Below the pieces are notes generated by a model that had not been told where the DNA came from, did not search any database, and saw only the letters and a program-made list of their open reading frames with translations. From Macrostomum lignano (Eukaryota), in NCBI GenBank assembly GCA_002269645.1, contig NIVC01001915.1, forward strand, positions 1 through 64,000: DNA of 64,000 nucleotides, in the 5' to 3' direction. Position 1 is the stretch's first letter; each line of letters opens with the position of its first letter. The translations under genes and the position numbers were made by a program. Below are positions 60,113 through 64,000 of the stretch, one piece after another.

Positions 60113-63100
60113 TCATGCTTGAAAAACTCTTTTCACTGATGCCGGCCGCCAAATCTGATGCTGCTGCCTGGCCGTCAGGTTGTTCGTCAGCGAGCCCGGG
60201 TCAAGGTAGGCCAGACTGCCCGGCTCCGGCTGGAACAGGAGCCCCGGCGGCGGCGGCGGTGGCGGCGGCACAGGGAACAGCGGCCCGGTAGCTTCCAGCT
60301 GCAGCAGGGGTACAGCAGTCGTCTGCTGGAGCCGACGTAGCGACTGTGTGGCCGTCAGCGGCATTGACGACGGCGACTGTCGCCAGAGCTTCGTCTCGGA
60401 CAGCAGCCGGACGGATCCGTTGGCCGGCTCGGATGTCGGGGTGCCGCAGGCGGCGTCGTCGCGCTGTCCCTGCTCCTGACGCCTTCGGTGACGGCGAATC
60501 CGACGAATATGGCAGACTAGGCTCAGCAGGACAGCGACAATAATGATGCCGCCCAGCGTCCCTAGGATGACAGCGTGGTGGCCTTCATCGCCTTTGCCTG
60601 TTGGCTTCTCAGTGGAGTCCCTTTCGGTTGAGGCGGACGCTGCGTTGAGTCGGAGGCGGGCAGAGAATTGAGGCGGAGATCGGCAGTTACAGGATTGGAA
60701 CTTAGTGTGAAATGGCTTGTATGGGGGTCGTTGGTTGAGCCTTCTGCTGGCTAGATGCTGGGTAATGGGTATCTCAGAATGTCTGAGCTGGTTAGATGCA
60801 GGGTTTCTCAGAATGTCTGAGCTGGTTAGATGCAGGGTATCTCAGAATGTCTGAGCTGGTTAGATGCAGGGTATCTCAGAATGTCTGAGCTGGTTAGATG
60901 CAGGGTATCTCAGAATGTCTGAGCTGGTTAGATGCAGGGTATCTCAGAATGTCTGAGCTGGTTAGATGCAGGGTTTCTCAGAATGTCTGAGCTGATTAGA
61001 TGCAGGGTATCTCAGAATGTCTGAGCTGGTTAGATGCAGGGTTTCTCAGAATGTCTGAGCTGATTAGATGCAGGGTATCTCAGAATGTCTGAGCTGGTTA
61101 GATGCAGGGTATCTCAGAATGTCTGAGCTGGTTAGATGCAGGGTTTCTCAGAATGTCTGAGCTGGTTAGATGCAGGGTATCTCAGAATGTCTGAGCTGGT
61201 TAGATGCAGGGTTTCTCAGAATGTCTGAGCTGATTAGATGCAGGGTATCTCAGAATGTCTGAGCTGGTTAGATGCAGGGTATCTCAGAATGTCTGAGCTG
61301 GTTAGATGCAGGGTATCTCAGAATGTCTGAGCTGGTTAGATGCAGGGTATCTCAGAATGTCTGAGCTGGTTAGATGCAGGGTTTCTCAGAATGTCTGAGC
61401 TGGTTAGATGCAGGGTATCTCAGAATGTCTGAGCTGGTTAGATGCAGGGTATCTCAGAATGTCTGAGCAGGTTAGATGCAGGGTATCTCAGAATGTCTGA
61501 GCTGGTTAGATGCAGGGTATCTCAGAATGTCTGAGCTGATTAGATGCAGGGTATCTCAGAATGTCTGAGCTGGTTAGATGCAGGGTATCTCAGAATGTCT
61601 GAGCTGGTTAGATGCAGGGTATCTCAGAATGTCTGAGCTGGTTAGATGCAGGGTATCTCAGAATGTCTGAGCTGGTTAGATGCAGGGTATCTCAGAATGT
61701 CTGAGCTGGTTAGATGCAGGGTATCTCAGAATGTCTGAGCTGGTTAGATGCAGGGTTTCTCAGAATGTCTGAGCTGGTTAGATGCAGGGTTTCTCAGAAT
61801 GTCTGAGCTGGTTAGATGCAGGGTATCTCAGAATGTCTGAGCTGGTTAGATGCAGGGTATCTCAGAATGTCTGAGCTGGTTAGATGCAGGGTATCTCAGA
61901 ATGTCTGAGCTGGTTAGATGCAGGGTATCTCAGAATGTTTGAGCTGGTTAGATGCAGGGTTTCTCAGAATGTCTGAGCTGGTTAGATGCAGGGTATCTCA
62001 GAATGTCTGAGCTGGTTAGATGCAGGGTATCTCAGAATGTCTGAGCTGGTTAGATGCAGGGTATCTCAGAATGTCTGAGCTGGTTAGATGCAGGGTATCT
62101 CAGAATGTCTGAGCTGGTTAGATGCATGGTATCTGGAATTCCAGACATTATCTGCTACCTGAATGGCATAGAAAAGTACAAGTAGATGCCAGATCGCTCC
62201 GAAAATTCGTTATTGCACCGTTATTTTTCGAACTGAGCCAATCCGAGATGCACAAGAATTTTTTGACTCTTTCCCTGCGCCATGTTGTACTTTTGCGGCA
62301 ACTATTACAGCGGAACTCTATGATCTGAGAAAGTCCTGGAACTTAATGAACACTGACATTATGAGAGGCCATCCGACGCTCTTGTATAGAATGTTCTCAT
62401 CTGCTACCTTGGCTCCCATCTTATTCCATACTGTTTGAAGGGCTTCTGTGACCCATTGTGACCTCCGGGTGGGGCTTTTAGAGCTCAGATGTGAAACCCA
62501 TTTGGCTCCCACGCGGCGCAAGCCCAGAATCCCAAATCCCAACGAAGGCTACAAATGTCTGTACCAGTCTGCGGCATCTTCTAGACATTTTTGCCTTTTC
62601 CCATCCTCAGCGTCCCCACGCATTAGCAGAATATTCAAGCCGGACTCTGGGCCTTCTGTCATAAATTCGGTCAGCAGAGAACTGGGCATCGGAGAAGGTA
62701 TAGCATGCATTTTTCTAAGAAATTAAATTCGGTCTAGCATGCATTTTTCTAAGAAATTAAATTCGGTCTAGCATGCACTTTTCTAAGAAATTAAATTCGG
62801 TCTAGCATGCATTTTTCTAAGAAATTAAATTCGGTCTAGCATGCATTTTTCTAAGAAATTAAATTCGGTCTAGCATGCACTTTTCTAAGAAATTAAATTC
62901 GGTCTAGCATGCATTTTTCTAAGAAATTAAATTCGGTCTAGCATGCATTTTTCTAAGAAATTAAATTCAGAAATTCAACTGTTTGAGAATAAAAGTTCAA
63001 CTGGAGCAGACGATTAACAGACATTAAAAACTATTCTCTCCCTGACTGCGTTTTTACTCCGGCCTAAGATGTACTTCAAGCAATTCCTCGTACTTTTAGT

Positions 63101-63817
63101 CTTTGCGTACTTTCTCCCGTCTCTATTGGGGACATCTCCCTCCAACCAGCAACCACCCCACCCTCGTTCCAGCCACCCCACCCTCGTTCCAGCCACCCCA
63201 CCCTCGTTCCAGCCACCCCACCCTCGTTCCGGCCACCCCACCCTCTTCCTCCAAACAGCAGCCACCCCACCACCCCATCCTACAATCAGCAGCCACCCCA
63301 CTGCCTTTCCTACAATCAGCAGACACCCCACCACCCCATCCTACAATCAGCAGCCACCCCACCACCCCATCCTACAATCAGCAGCCACCCCACCACCCCA
63401 TCCTACAATCAGCAGACACCCCACCACCCCATCCTACAATCAGCAGCCACCCTACCACCCCATCCTACAATCAGCAGACACCCCACCACCCCATCCTACA
63501 ATCAGCAGACACCCCACCACCCCATCCTACAATCAGCAGCCACCCCACCACCCCATCCTACAACCGGCAGCCATCCCAATACCCAAGTTGGCTTAAAGCC
63601 ACTCGCTTTAAAAGAGACCCTTCAAAAACCAGTAAGGCAATTCAATATAAAATGTCCCCGCCAATTCTCTCACGGGCATCGCCAGCGGCGCCCCGGCCAG
63701 GACAGTCGCTTCCTTCGTCCTCGACGTCCGGACAATTCGCGTAGCCGTTGCACCGCAGTCTCGAGTCGATGCAGCGACCTGCGCCGCAGTCGAATTCCGT
63801 GTCGGACTGGCAGGGAC
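60113..63817 (-). CDS. 3' part of a single-pass membrane protein with an LDL-receptor class A domain; exons 63817-63674 and ~60750-60113
   Basis: CQSDTEFDCGAGRCIDSRLRCNGYANCPDVEDEGSDC (LDLa) in a phase-1/1 exon. Downstream TM AVILGTLGGIIIVAVLLSLVC followed by RRIRRHRRR and a Pro-rich tail. Confidence 0.72.
60770..62125. repeat. 34-bp minisatellite (~40 units) with an internal inverted repeat CTCAGA-ATG-TCTGAG
   Basis: GGGTATCTCAGAATGTCTGAGCTGGTTAGATGCA units, no spacers. Confidence 0.95.
62700..62970. repeat. AT-rich 34-bp minisatellite (~8 units)
   Basis: TAGCATGCATTTTTCTAAGAAATTAAATTCGGTC units. Confidence 0.92.
63135..63575. repeat. 21-bp and 31-bp C-rich minisatellites
   Basis: CACCCCACCCTCGTTCCAGC and CACCCCACCACCCCATCCTACAATCAGCAG(C/A) units. 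Confidence 0.88.
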
Positions 63818-64000
63818 CTGGGGGGGGAGCAAAGTGTGCCTGTTAAACTGGCCTGTAAACATCTGCCTTTCAGAGCATTTGATCCCCAAACATCTTGAAG
63901 CCAACAGCCCTCAAGTAGCTTCAATTCTCCAGTCCCTTCACAAGTGACACAAGTCGATTTACATGTGACACAAGTCCTTTCACATGTGACACAAGTCCCT

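Noticed and set aside
60770-62125. CRISPR-like array (34-bp palindromic unit)
   Set aside because: Units are directly adjacent with no unique spacers, there are no cas genes, and the context is a eukaryotic intron.
62400-62545. Mariner-like motif LGLRRVGAKWVSHL on the minus strand
   Set aside because: Resembles the WVPHEL region, but I saw no DD34D segments or TIRs nearby; too short to call.

Overview
Eukaryotic (metazoan) genomic DNA with GC-rich exons and introns filled with tandem repeats. This pattern resembles a Macrostomum-type flatworm, but that is an inference only. Bases 1-10645 are the right-hand part of an integrated Polinton/Maverick (adintovirus-like) element. It encodes protein-primed PolB with an endonuclease-VII-like insert, an adenain-type protease, a packaging ATPase, double-jelly-roll major and single-jelly-roll minor capsid proteins, and five accessory ORFs. 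No integrase is in view. The element appears to sit in an intron of a host GPCR gene. The host part contains: a four-exon calpain-like gene with all three catalytic residues replaced; a ~23 kb minus-strand PDZ-SH3 (MAGUK-like) gene; two tandem adenylate-kinase-like genes; and part of an LDLa-domain single-pass membrane protein gene. The intron that splits the SH3 domain holds a LOA/R1-group LINE (EN-RT-RNase H-CCHC). This LINE has an internal 2375-bp tandem duplication, ~1.1-1.3 kb direct repeats on both flanks, and a candidate HDV-like ribozyme at its 5' end. Several tRNA-derived SINEs are present, and some share the LINE's 3' module. Most frameshifts I traced are single-base losses in short homopolymers, which suggests long-read consensus errors rather than decay.
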